Assembly (NCBI GenBank): GCA_001872305.1
Contig: MNWF01000023.1
Span: forward strand, 1 to 42,961
Direction of reading: 5' to 3'
DNA from: Parcubacteria group bacterium CG1_02_40_25
Lineage (GTDB): Bacteria > Patescibacteriota > Minisyncoccia > Portnoybacterales > CG1-02-40-25
DNA length: 42,961 bases
The notes under the pieces were generated by a model that worked only from the letters and a program-made list of their open reading frames with translations, did no database searches and was not told where the DNA came from. The position numbers and the translations under genes were made by a program. Shown one piece after another: positions 32,263-39,227 of this stretch (position 1 is its first letter; each line of letters begins with the position of its first letter).

Positions 32263-33063
32263 ATGCAAAAGCCGAGTTTACGATATGAGAAAAATTTATG
32301 GCGCAAGGGATGTCGTTTTGTGGCAGGCATTGATGAAGTTGGCCGTGGGCCTTTGGCCGGGCCTGTTGTGGCCGCCGCGGTAGTGATAAAATATAATAAA
32401 ATTGTCATTGCGAGGAGCGAGGCAGTGGCCGAGCGACGTGGCAATCTCGCGGGAGGAGGCCGTCGTAGGCCGACGACCCGCGCGCGTGATTCTTTTCAAG
32501 ATTTAGCTGTTCGCGATTCTAAATTATTATCTTCGCGCCAGCGCGAAATTTTGTATCAAAAAATTATCATTCATCCGCAAATTGATTGGGGCATTGGCAT
32601 TGTTTCCGAAAAAATAATTGATGAGTTCAATATCTTAAAAGCAACAAAACTCGCGATGATGAAAGCAGTGGCGAATTTATCGCGCAGGCCTGATTGGTTG
32701 TTGATTGATGGTAATTTTTTGTTGCCGTTAGTCGGGGGGTGTCATTGCGAAGATCCCGCACCTTGTACTAAAAGTGCGGGGGACGTGGCAACCTCGAATC
32801 ATAAGTTGCGGCGCGCCTCAATGCCTCAGCGGTCAATCATTGCTGGCGACAAAAAAGTTTTTTCTATCGCCTGTGCCTCTATCATTGCGAAAGTAACGCG
32901 AGATAAAATAATGACTGATTTGCATAAAATTTATCCTCAATATGGTTTTAATCAGCACAAGGGCTATGGCACAAAATTACATTTTGCTAAATTAGCTCAA
33001 TGTGGCGCTTCGCCTATTCATCGTCGATCTTTTCATCCGGTATCGGAATTTGTTTTTCCGTAG
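32263..33063 (+). CDS. rnhB: Ribonuclease HII with two repeat-derived in-frame inserts
   Basis: GIDEVGRGPLAGPVV, DSKLLS, LLIDGN, GDKKVFSIACASIIAKV, GYGT. I use the ATG at 32263; the ORF-track alternative start is 32245. Confidence 0.9.
   Translation: MQKPSLRYEKNLWRKGCRFVAGIDEVGRGPLAGPVVAAAVVIKYNKIVIARSEAVAERRGNLAGGGRRRPTTRARDSFQDLAVRDSKLLSSRQREILYQKIIIHPQIDWGIGIVSEKIIDEFNILKATKLAMMKAVANLSRRPDWLLIDGNFLLPLVGGCHCEDPAPCTKSAGDVATSNHKLRRASMPQRSIIAGDKKVFSIACASIIAKVTRDKIMTDLHKIYPQYGFNQHKGYGTKLHFAKLAQCGASPIHRRSFHPVSEFVFP
32402..32490. repeat. Beta-type TGTCAT element inside the rnhB CDS (sense orientation)
   Basis: ttgtcattgcgaggagcgaggcagtggccgagcgacgtggcaatctcgcgggaggaggccgtcgtaggccgacgacccgcgcg. 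Near copy of 17103-17190. Translated as VIARSEAVAERRGNLAGGGRRRPTTRAR. Confidence 0.85.
32741..32800. repeat. Beta-like TGTCAT element inside the rnhB CDS
   Basis: gtcattgcgaagatcccgcaccttgtactaaaagtgcgggggacgtggcaacctcgaatc. 60 nt, translated as CHCEDPAPCTKSAGDVATSN. Confidence 0.75.
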
Positions 33064-33070
33064 GCGACTA

Positions 33071-33098
33071 TTGACAATGTCTATGAAATGTCTATAAT
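33071..33098 (+). promoter_or_regulatory. Near-consensus promoter with an overlapping direct-repeat operator for brnTA
   Basis: TTGACA (33071-33076), 16-nt spacer, TATAAT (33093-33098). ATGTCTAT is repeated at 33077-33084 and 33088-33095, 11 nt apart. Confidence 0.65.
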
Positions 33099-33116
33099 GT
33101 AATTAAAGTAAAGAAT

Positions 33117-33392
33117 ATGAAGTATTTTGACTGGGACCCCCAGAAAAATAAAGAATTAAAAGAAAAACGAGGCGTAAGTTTTGAAGAAGCAATCTTAGCC
33201 ATACAGAGCGGTAATCTTTTAAATACTCGTAAAAATCCAAATCAAGAAAAGTATCCCAATCAAAAACTATTTATCATTAATATTAATAATTATGTTTTTG
33301 TGATTTTGTTTGGTGAAGACAATGAAAAGTATTTTTTAAAGACAATAATCCCAAGCCGTAAAGAAACTAAAAAATATCTTTCTAAAAAATAA
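33117..33392 (+). CDS. brnT: BrnT-family (DUF497) toxin
   Basis: FDWDPQKNKELKEKRGVSFEEA N-terminal signature. Small size and toxin-first order, with an antitoxin-like gene 10 nt downstream. Confidence 0.75.
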   Translation: MKYFDWDPQKNKELKEKRGVSFEEAILAIQSGNLLNTRKNPNQEKYPNQKLFIININNYVFVILFGEDNEKYFLKTIIPSRKETKKYLSKK

Positions 33393-33402
33393 AATAAAAA
33401 AT

Positions 33403-33684
33403 ATGAAAAACTATAAGTTAAATAAATATGAGCAAGAAATTTTAGATGCTTTTGAGGCGGGCAAACTAAAGTCCATAAAAAATGAGGAGAAGAAGAATAA
33501 AGAATATATGCTGGCGGCTAAGGATTCTTTGAATAAGACAAAGAATATCAACATTAGGATTTCAAACGGCGACTTGCAAAAAATTAAAGCCAAAGCAGTT
33601 GAAAAGGGCTTGCCCTATCAAACCTTGATTGGCTCTCTTTTGCATCAACATTTCGCGGAAGCAAGCAAAGAGCTGACCAAGTAA
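33403..33684 (+). CDS. brnA: BrnA-like antitoxin (RHH/CopG-type C-terminus)
   Basis: EQEILDAFEAGKLKS, then NINIRISNGDLQKIKAKAVEKGLPYQTLIGSLLHQH, an RHH-like segment. Confidence 0.7.
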   Translation: MKNYKLNKYEQEILDAFEAGKLKSIKNEEKKNKEYMLAAKDSLNKTKNINIRISNGDLQKIKAKAVEKGLPYQTLIGSLLHQHFAEASKELTK

Positions 33685-33700
33685 TTATTAACATAAATAT

Positions 33701-34324
33701 ATGCAAAAATTATTTTTAGACATTGAGACAATCCCTGCCGAGGAAAAGGCGCGTAAGACCTTAAAAATGCTTTATGATAAAAGAGTTAAAAAGGCCAAAA
33801 ATGGCGTGGTGCACGAGGATTTTGAGCAATTTCTTTTAAACACCTGTTTTGATGGGGCTTATGGTCGTATCATTTGTATTGCTTACGCGACTAATGATGA
33901 TCCTGTAAAATCGTTATGTTATGACCCTGACGAAGTAGAAACCCTGCGCCAATTTTGGTCAATCGCAGGGCGTCATAATTTATTTATTGGTCATAATGTC
34001 ATGGATTTTGACTTGCGTTTTATCTATCAAAGGTCTATAGTGCATAAGGTCAGACCAACGCATAATTTGAGTTTTGCCAGATATCGTGATTATCCGATTT
34101 ATGACACAATGCGTGAATGGGCCAAGTGGTGTGGGGCCACTGTGGGCCTGGAATATTTAGCGTTGGCTTTGGGCATTCCAACGCCCAAGCAAGGCATTGA
34201 CGGCTCGCGCGTGTTTGAGTTTTACCAGCAAGGCAGATTGGATGAAATTGTCAAATATTGTCAGCGGGACGTTGAGACCACACGATTGATTTATAAACGG
34301 ATGATATTCGAAGGAAACGGTTAA
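33701..34324 (+). CDS. Predicted 3'-5' exonuclease (DEDDy, PolB-exonuclease-like stand-alone domain)
   Basis: Exo motifs LFLDIETIP, GHNVMDFDLRFI, YCQRDVETT. Confidence 0.7.
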   Translation: MQKLFLDIETIPAEEKARKTLKMLYDKRVKKAKNGVVHEDFEQFLLNTCFDGAYGRIICIAYATNDDPVKSLCYDPDEVETLRQFWSIAGRHNLFIGHNVMDFDLRFIYQRSIVHKVRPTHNLSFARYRDYPIYDTMREWAKWCGATVGLEYLALALGIPTPKQGIDGSRVFEFYQQGRLDEIVKYCQRDVETTRLIYKRMIFEGNG

Positions 34325-34341
34325 AAGCGATTATAAAATAG

Positions 34342-34447
34342 TTGTCATGCTGAATTTATTTCAGCATCCAGTGTATAAAACATAGCTCGTCTACTGGATC
34401 CTGAAATGAACCGAAGGTACTGCTCGCGGCATGTATTCAGGATGACG
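34342..34447. repeat. TGTCAT element, alpha type (reference copy)
   Basis: ttgtcatgctgaatttatttcagcatccagtg...ctggatcctgaaatgaaccgaaggtactgctcgcggcatgtattcaggatgacg. Confidence 0.85.
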
Positions 34448-34488
34448 AAAAAGTTACTTGGGGAGTATTGATAGTTGAGGAGGGATTG

Positions 34489-35184
34489 ATGATGTTCTTA
34501 AAAATTTTCTATTGGCTCCCGGAACATGGTTACAAAAAACTTCATGGTTTGGCATGGTGGCTAGTGGCATGGAGCAGAAAAAGCGTGCCCTACACTGATC
34601 GCATTTCAGCCAATACGTTAACTGGGTTAAGGGTCTTGGCGGGTCTAACTTTATGGTGGTTGCTTGTGTTGACTGATTGGCGAGAGTATTTGATTCAAAT
34701 TATTTTGATTAATGTGATTGCTTTTTTAACAGACTTATTTGATGGCGCGGTGGCCCGAGCAACTGGGAGTAGCTCTCGTTTGGGTGCCTGGTTGGACAAT
34801 ATCGCGGATAAGCTATTGGTTTTGCCAAATTTATGGATAGTTTATTGTTTGGCGCCAATGCAGTTTCTGCTTTTGGGTTTGGGCCCTTGGTTTATTAAGA
34901 CGGGTCTTTTGTTGCTATTTATTGTTATTATAGATTTTCTGTTAATCTTGTTGAGAGGTTACGCGGCTTGGCGCCATGTCCACGTGGAGGCTAATTACTT
35001 TGGCAAGGTAAAAGTTTTTTTTCAGTGTTTGGGGATTATAAGTGCTCAATTGATAGTTTTAGACCATGCTTTCCCCATGTTTTTAGGGTTGCATTTTTTG
35101 ATAGTGAGTTTGGTGTTTTCTTTTGGTAGTTTGTTAGTCCATATTTGGACTAACTTATATCGTTTTATCAGCCTAAAAGTATAA
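34489..35184 (+). CDS. CDP-alcohol phosphatidyltransferase family protein
   Basis: DLFDGAVARATGSSSRLGAWLDNIADKL, i.e. D(x2)DG(x2)AR(x8)G(x3)D(x3)D. Polytopic. SD gaggaggg before the ATG at 34489. Confidence 0.8.
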   Translation: MMFLKIFYWLPEHGYKKLHGLAWWLVAWSRKSVPYTDRISANTLTGLRVLAGLTLWWLLVLTDWREYLIQIILINVIAFLTDLFDGAVARATGSSSRLGAWLDNIADKLLVLPNLWIVYCLAPMQFLLLGLGPWFIKTGLLLLFIVIIDFLLILLRGYAAWRHVHVEANYFGKVKVFFQCLGIISAQLIVLDHAFPMFLGLHFLIVSLVFSFGSLLVHIWTNLYRFISLKV

Positions 35185-35212
35185 AATTTTTGGGCTGATT
35201 TTATTTTTGTTT
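35168..35212 (+). terminator. Possible terminator overlapping the end of the phosphatidyltransferase gene
   Basis: atcagcc (35167-35173) / ggctgat (35193-35199) followed by ttttattttt. The loop is large (19 nt). Confidence 0.45.
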
Positions 35213-35223
35213 AAGCTGGAATC

Positions 35224-35232
35224 TGGTATAAT
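35224..35232 (+). promoter_or_regulatory. Extended -10 element (TGgTATAAT)
   Basis: tggtataat at 35224-35232. The repeat element 35255-35379 would then lie in the 5' UTR of the 35435 gene. Confidence 0.4.
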
Positions 35233-35254
35233 AATGTGGGATGATTAAATGTAG

Positions 35255-35379
35255 TTGTCATACTGAATTAGTTTCAGCATCTACGGCGAGATCCTCGGGT
35301 CAAGCCCGAGGATGACAAATACGAACTGGATCCTGAAATAAACCGAAGGTACTGCCCGTGGCATGTATTCAGGATGACG
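35255..35379. repeat. Alpha-type TGTCAT element carrying a nested short palindrome
   Basis: Collinear with 34342-34447, except that gatcctcgggtcaagcccgaggatgacaa (35289-35318) replaces the centre. Confidence 0.85.
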
Positions 35380-35434
35380 TTGTATTTTTGATGGTTTGAC
35401 TGCGCTCACCACTTTTAGTTTTTGATTTAATCTT

Positions 35435-35797
35435 ATGCCTAAAATTGATTCCACAAAATTTGGCGAAATTGTGATTGCCGGCAAAAAATACGGCCAGGTT
35501 TTAATTATTGGCGACAAAATTGTCGAACGTGATTACGATAAACTGAAAAAACTTTTTGGCACCGCGCACAAAATCGCTGATTGGGAAATTGAACAATTGC
35601 TGTCAAACAATCCCGAAGCCATCGTCATCGGCACTGGCCAAGATGGTTTGTTGGAAGTTGATGAAGAATTTAAGCGACAAATGGCTGGCCGAGGCATTGA
35701 GTTAATTGTTGGCAAAACTTTTGAAGCGCTTGAGGTTTATAACGAAAAAATTAAAGCCGGCCAGCGAGCCAATGCTTTAATGCATACGACGTGTTAA
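35435..35797 (+). CDS. Mth938-like domain protein (DUF498 type)
   Basis: Size and pattern: FGEIVIAGKKY...IIG, PEAIVIGTGQDGLL, GIELIV..T.EA...YN, ALMHTTC. Confidence 0.6.
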   Translation: MPKIDSTKFGEIVIAGKKYGQVLIIGDKIVERDYDKLKKLFGTAHKIADWEIEQLLSNNPEAIVIGTGQDGLLEVDEEFKRQMAGRGIELIVGKTFEALEVYNEKIKAGQRANALMHTTC

Positions 35798-35806
35798 AAT
35801 AAAAGT

Positions 35807-36493
35807 ATGCAAGCATATCAATTAATTCGTTCACGTCGTCGGACCATTGCCTTGGAAATCAGCCGTGAGGGCTGTCTAATTGTGCGTGCGCCAATGCGTG
35901 CTAGTCGATTTTATCTTGATGATTTAATTAAACGTAAGCAAGCGTGGATTAATCAGCATTTAAATAAAATTATTCAGCGACAACAATTCTTGCCAGCGAA
36001 ACAATTTGTTTCTGGTGAGGGTTTTTTGTATTTAGGCCAAACTTATCCTTTGAGATTAATTCAGCATTTAGTAGGGAACAAAAATTTTTGTTCCCTACAA
36101 TTCACGGGCAATAAATTTTTGTTAGTTGAATCAGCCCGCGCCAGTGCCCGCGGCATTTGGCAACGTTGGTATAAAACGCAGGCGCAAAAAATTATCAGTC
36201 AACGAGTTCGCGACTTGGCAAAGCAGTTTGATTTTCAATATGCTAAAATTAAAATTACTCAAGCTAAAAAACGCTGGGGATCGTGCAGTCCAAAAGGTAA
36301 TCTCAACTTTTCTTGGCGATTAATAATGGCACCATTAGACGTGATTGACTATGTGGTGGTGCACGAACTGGCGCATTTAAAAATAAAAAATCATCAGCGA
36401 GTATTTTGGCAAAGTGTGGAGCAAATTTTGCCAGATTATCGTTCGTGCCGCGTCTGGCTCAAACAAAACGAGCATCTTTTAGACGGGTTTTAA
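35807..36493 (+). CDS. YgjP-like (DUF45 / M48-related) zinc metallopeptidase
   Basis: KKRWGSCSPKGNLNFSWRLIMAPLDVIDYVVVHELAHL (HExxH). Contains the 28-bp palindrome at 36071-36098 in frame. Confidence 0.8.
   Translation: MQAYQLIRSRRRTIALEISREGCLIVRAPMRASRFYLDDLIKRKQAWINQHLNKIIQRQQFLPAKQFVSGEGFLYLGQTYPLRLIQHLVGNKNFCSLQFTGNKFLLVESARASARGIWQRWYKTQAQKIISQRVRDLAKQFDFQYAKIKITQAKKRWGSCSPKGNLNFSWRLIMAPLDVIDYVVVHELAHLKIKNHQRVFWQSVEQILPDYRSCRVWLKQNEHLLDGF
36071..36098. repeat. 28-bp perfect palindrome inside the ygjP-like CDS
   Basis: gtagggaacaaaaatttttgttccctac, identical to 38793-38820. Translated as VGNKNFCSL. Confidence 0.9.
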
Positions 36494-36511
36494 TCGAGGG
36501 TTTTTTAATCG

Positions 36512-36622
36512 TTGTCATTGCGAGGATAGCCTGCCTTGAGCGAAGTCGAAGGGTGGCAATCTCGAATTCTGAGATAGCTTGGGTTTTGAGGTTGCCACGG
36601 CACTTCGTGCCGCACAATGACA
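36512..36622. repeat. TGTCAT element, beta type
   Basis: ttgtcattgcgaggatagcc...gggtggcaatctcgaattc...gttgccacggcacttcgtgccgcacaatgaca. Terminal inverted repeats. Confidence 0.8.
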
Positions 36623-36637
36623 TCAAAAAGCGTTCCG

Positions 36638-36646
36638 TGCTATAAT
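36638..36646 (+). promoter_or_regulatory. Extended -10 element (TGcTATAAT) upstream of the 651-aa ORF
   Basis: gtgctataat at 36637-36646, the same 10-mer as upstream of rnhB (32247-32256). Confidence 0.45.
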
Positions 36647-36669
36647 ATCTGAATAAAAGTTAAAATGTT

Positions 36670-38625
36670 ATGGAAAAAGGATCAGAAATAAAACAATTTT
36701 CTAAAGAACAGTTATCAGAAGAAAGACGAAGAACTGCTGGCGTCGTCATAGAAAAAAGACGGCAGTATTTTGATCACCAAGAAGGCCTTTTTACGCAAAC
36801 AGAAAAAATCATTCAAGAAACCAAAGATAGTGAGGCTAATCTTGATAGGGTTATTGACGAGATAGAAGTTATTAGCCAGCAGATTGACGAGCGCAATAAT
36901 AACGCTTTTAGAAAATTCTTAAATCGTTTCAGGGTCCCCGATAAAAAAAGCCAAGCGCTTAAAAAATCGCGGTCAGAAAAATTAACCACTAAAGAAAATT
37001 TTGAGCAGCATTTTCAACAAACTCAAGAATTACTTGAGCAGATAAATATAGACAAAAACAATAAGGCAGAATTAGTCGAAGCCAAACAGACCATTAGTGA
37101 TTTTTATAAAGATGCTTTCGAAAAATGGAATGAATATCTTGTAGAACAAGAAAAATCCAAAGTTGAAGAAGTGATTGAGAGATATGATGTTTTAATTGTT
37201 CATGGTATTCACCCAAATTTCGTGCCTGTGGGAAATTCTTTGCTTAATCTTGATGTTGATTGGCAAACTAAACTAAAAATTGCTTTAGTACTTGAACCAA
37301 GCTTAGCTGCTTCTACTATCAAGGAGGGGGACTCAAATAGAAACATGTGGGCAAGAATGGGCTCGATAATCAGAGGGGGCAAGGTTACTAAAGCATATCC
37401 ACAAGATTTGGGCACTGTGGCTACTACCATAAAAAAGAGATACGAAAGCGGTGTGTTGATGCCAGAAAAAGTTTCCGGACAAATTGAAGAAGCAATTACA
37501 GAAAGAGCTGATGGTGGTTATAACGAGTTAAACATTGACGAATGTCAAACCGCTGGTTTTTATTTTTGTCTAGACCGGACTGAAAATTTGATTAAAAATG
37601 ACTTGGTGGATTTGGATGAAATTTATCAAACCTGTCAAGAATTGGGCCTGCCGTTTTATGTAATAAAAAATGGCTTGTTGTATGAATCGCTTTATGACCC
37701 CGATCTTAAAAAAGTAGAAATACAGCGAGAACAGGAGATTCGCGGTCAACTTATTGGCGTCAGGGTTAGTCAAGAACAAGCTATGAGAGAAAAACTTAAA
37801 AAAGAATTAGAAGAAAGCTATGAGGAATATGTTGATAGTATACTGGGTAAGAAAATTATGCCCCAAGAGATTCGTAAAAGTCAGTTTCAGTTAGACGATG
37901 AGCAAAAAAATATTATAAAACAAAAACTGTTTATCGACCCGCCATTTAGATGTACTTTTCCCGAAGCAGAGTGCATTAATTCTAAATTTTCTGGTGAAGG
38001 CACTTATGTAGAAATTAATGCTTTAATTAAAAAAGATGATTTTTTGGGTCAAGAAGTTGATCCGAATTTTTTTATTAAAGATTGCGGCATAAGATTCGCG
38101 CCTGATGAAAAAGTAAAAAAGATTGCGAAAATTAAACAAATTGGCAATAAGTCCGTGGAATATTTTATTGTAAACGATAGTCAGTTTTACAGAAGGAGCT
38201 GGTCATCGCGCGATAAACTTTTTTGGCTTCACCAAATGGATAATACGAATTTGAACAATGGCTACATTAACAATCTCAATACGCTAACTGGTAATGAAAA
38301 GTTAAACTTGCCTTTAATTTCCAATGAAAACTATCTTAAAGGCATGGGTGATAGGATTAGAGAGGTTGTTGAACGATATCAAAAATCAGTTAATGGCAAT
38401 GAGTCTAGGCAAATTATTAATTTTTGTCAAGCAAGAATTGGTAATTTAATTTATCATTTATACGGTTTTGGCGATAAGGCCAAAGAGCTGGGCGATAACG
38501 AAACCGCCGAAGCAGCTTTTGAAATCGCTAATCAATATCTACCGCAAGAAACTTATCGCGAAGTTGTTGCCCGTAGATTAGACGTCGAGGGTCGTTTTGT
38601 TACTACCGAAGCAGATTTTACCTAA
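36670..38625 (+). CDS. Large hypothetical protein (651 aa; N-terminal coiled coil, no family recognised)
   Basis: Long uninterrupted ORF with ordinary amino-acid composition. Heptad-rich, charged N-terminal 170 aa, then globular regions. Confidence 0.6.
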   Translation: MEKGSEIKQFSKEQLSEERRRTAGVVIEKRRQYFDHQEGLFTQTEKIIQETKDSEANLDRVIDEIEVISQQIDERNNNAFRKFLNRFRVPDKKSQALKKSRSEKLTTKENFEQHFQQTQELLEQINIDKNNKAELVEAKQTISDFYKDAFEKWNEYLVEQEKSKVEEVIERYDVLIVHGIHPNFVPVGNSLLNLDVDWQTKLKIALVLEPSLAASTIKEGDSNRNMWARMGSIIRGGKVTKAYPQDLGTVATTIKKRYESGVLMPEKVSGQIEEAITERADGGYNELNIDECQTAGFYFCLDRTENLIKNDLVDLDEIYQTCQELGLPFYVIKNGLLYESLYDPDLKKVEIQREQEIRGQLIGVRVSQEQAMREKLKKELEESYEEYVDSILGKKIMPQEIRKSQFQLDDEQKNIIKQKLFIDPPFRCTFPEAECINSKFSGEGTYVEINALIKKDDFLGQEVDPNFFIKDCGIRFAPDEKVKKIAKIKQIGNKSVEYFIVNDSQFYRRSWSSRDKLFWLHQMDNTNLNNGYINNLNTLTGNEKLNLPLISNENYLKGMGDRIREVVERYQKSVNGNESRQIINFCQARIGNLIYHLYGFGDKAKELGDNETAEAAFEIANQYLPQETYREVVARRLDVEGRFVTTEADFT

Positions 38626-38730
38626 ATTAGCCTAAAACCGCCATATGTGTGTGGACATTACCCCCCTCTCTTGCCAAAAGCAAATAAATCTGCTATCTTT
38701 ATTATCTTGAGCTGGAATATTTTCCTTTAT

Positions 38731-38843
38731 GTCGTTATGTCGAAGATGCCCGTTAGGGCACTGAACTAGTTCTAGCATCCAGTCCATAAAACGTAGGGAA
38801 CAAAAATTTTTGTTCCCTACTAGATCCTGAAATGAATTCAGGC
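38731..38843. repeat. Composite element: inverted gamma-tail module plus alpha core carrying the 28-bp palindrome
   Basis: gtcgttatgtcgaagatgcccgttagggcactgaactagtt is the reverse complement of the module at 4420-4458. It is followed by the alpha core catccagt..ataaaac [38793-38820 palindrome] tagatcctgaaatgaattcagg. Confidence 0.8.
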
Positions 38844-38880
38844 CGTGTAGGCTCCAAAAGAGCTCACAGGATCTAAGGAG

Positions 38881-39198
38881 ATGACAATAGAACTAAAAAC
38901 TGATATGGTCCCGACACAAAAAACTTCAAGACATCGCACGGGTGGCCGACGTAGCCATCACGCGCTCAAAAAAATAGGGCTGTCTAAATGCTCTAAATGC
39001 AGTCAACCGACTTTACCTCATCGGGTGTGTTTGAATTGCGGTTATTACAAAGGCAAAGAAGTGGTTAATGTTTTGGCTAAATTAGAAAAAAAGGAGCGTA
39101 AGATTAGGCAAAAAGAAATCGCGGAACAAGAAAAAACACAAGAGAAGCAGGCAAAATCGCCCAAAGGGCTGAACGCGGCGGATTTATCGCAAAAATAA
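38881..39198 (+). CDS. rpmF: 50S ribosomal protein L32 with a Lys/Glu-rich C-terminal extension
   Basis: VPTQKTSRHRTGGRRSHHAL...CSKCSQPTLPHRVCLNCGYYKGKEV. The true start may be the ATG at 38905. Confidence 0.8.
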   Translation: MTIELKTDMVPTQKTSRHRTGGRRSHHALKKIGLSKCSKCSQPTLPHRVCLNCGYYKGKEVVNVLAKLEKKERKIRQKEIAEQEKTQEKQAKSPKGLNAADLSQK

Positions 39199-39227
39199 TG
39201 GATGTTTTTGCGTGAATAATTTTTAGT

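Noticed and set aside
35281-35517. ORFs 35281-35517(-) and 36406-36645(+) spanning repeat elements.
   Set aside because: Both are mostly translations of the palindromic elements (35255-35379 and 36512-36622) and overlap the ends of genuine genes. Neither has independent coding evidence.
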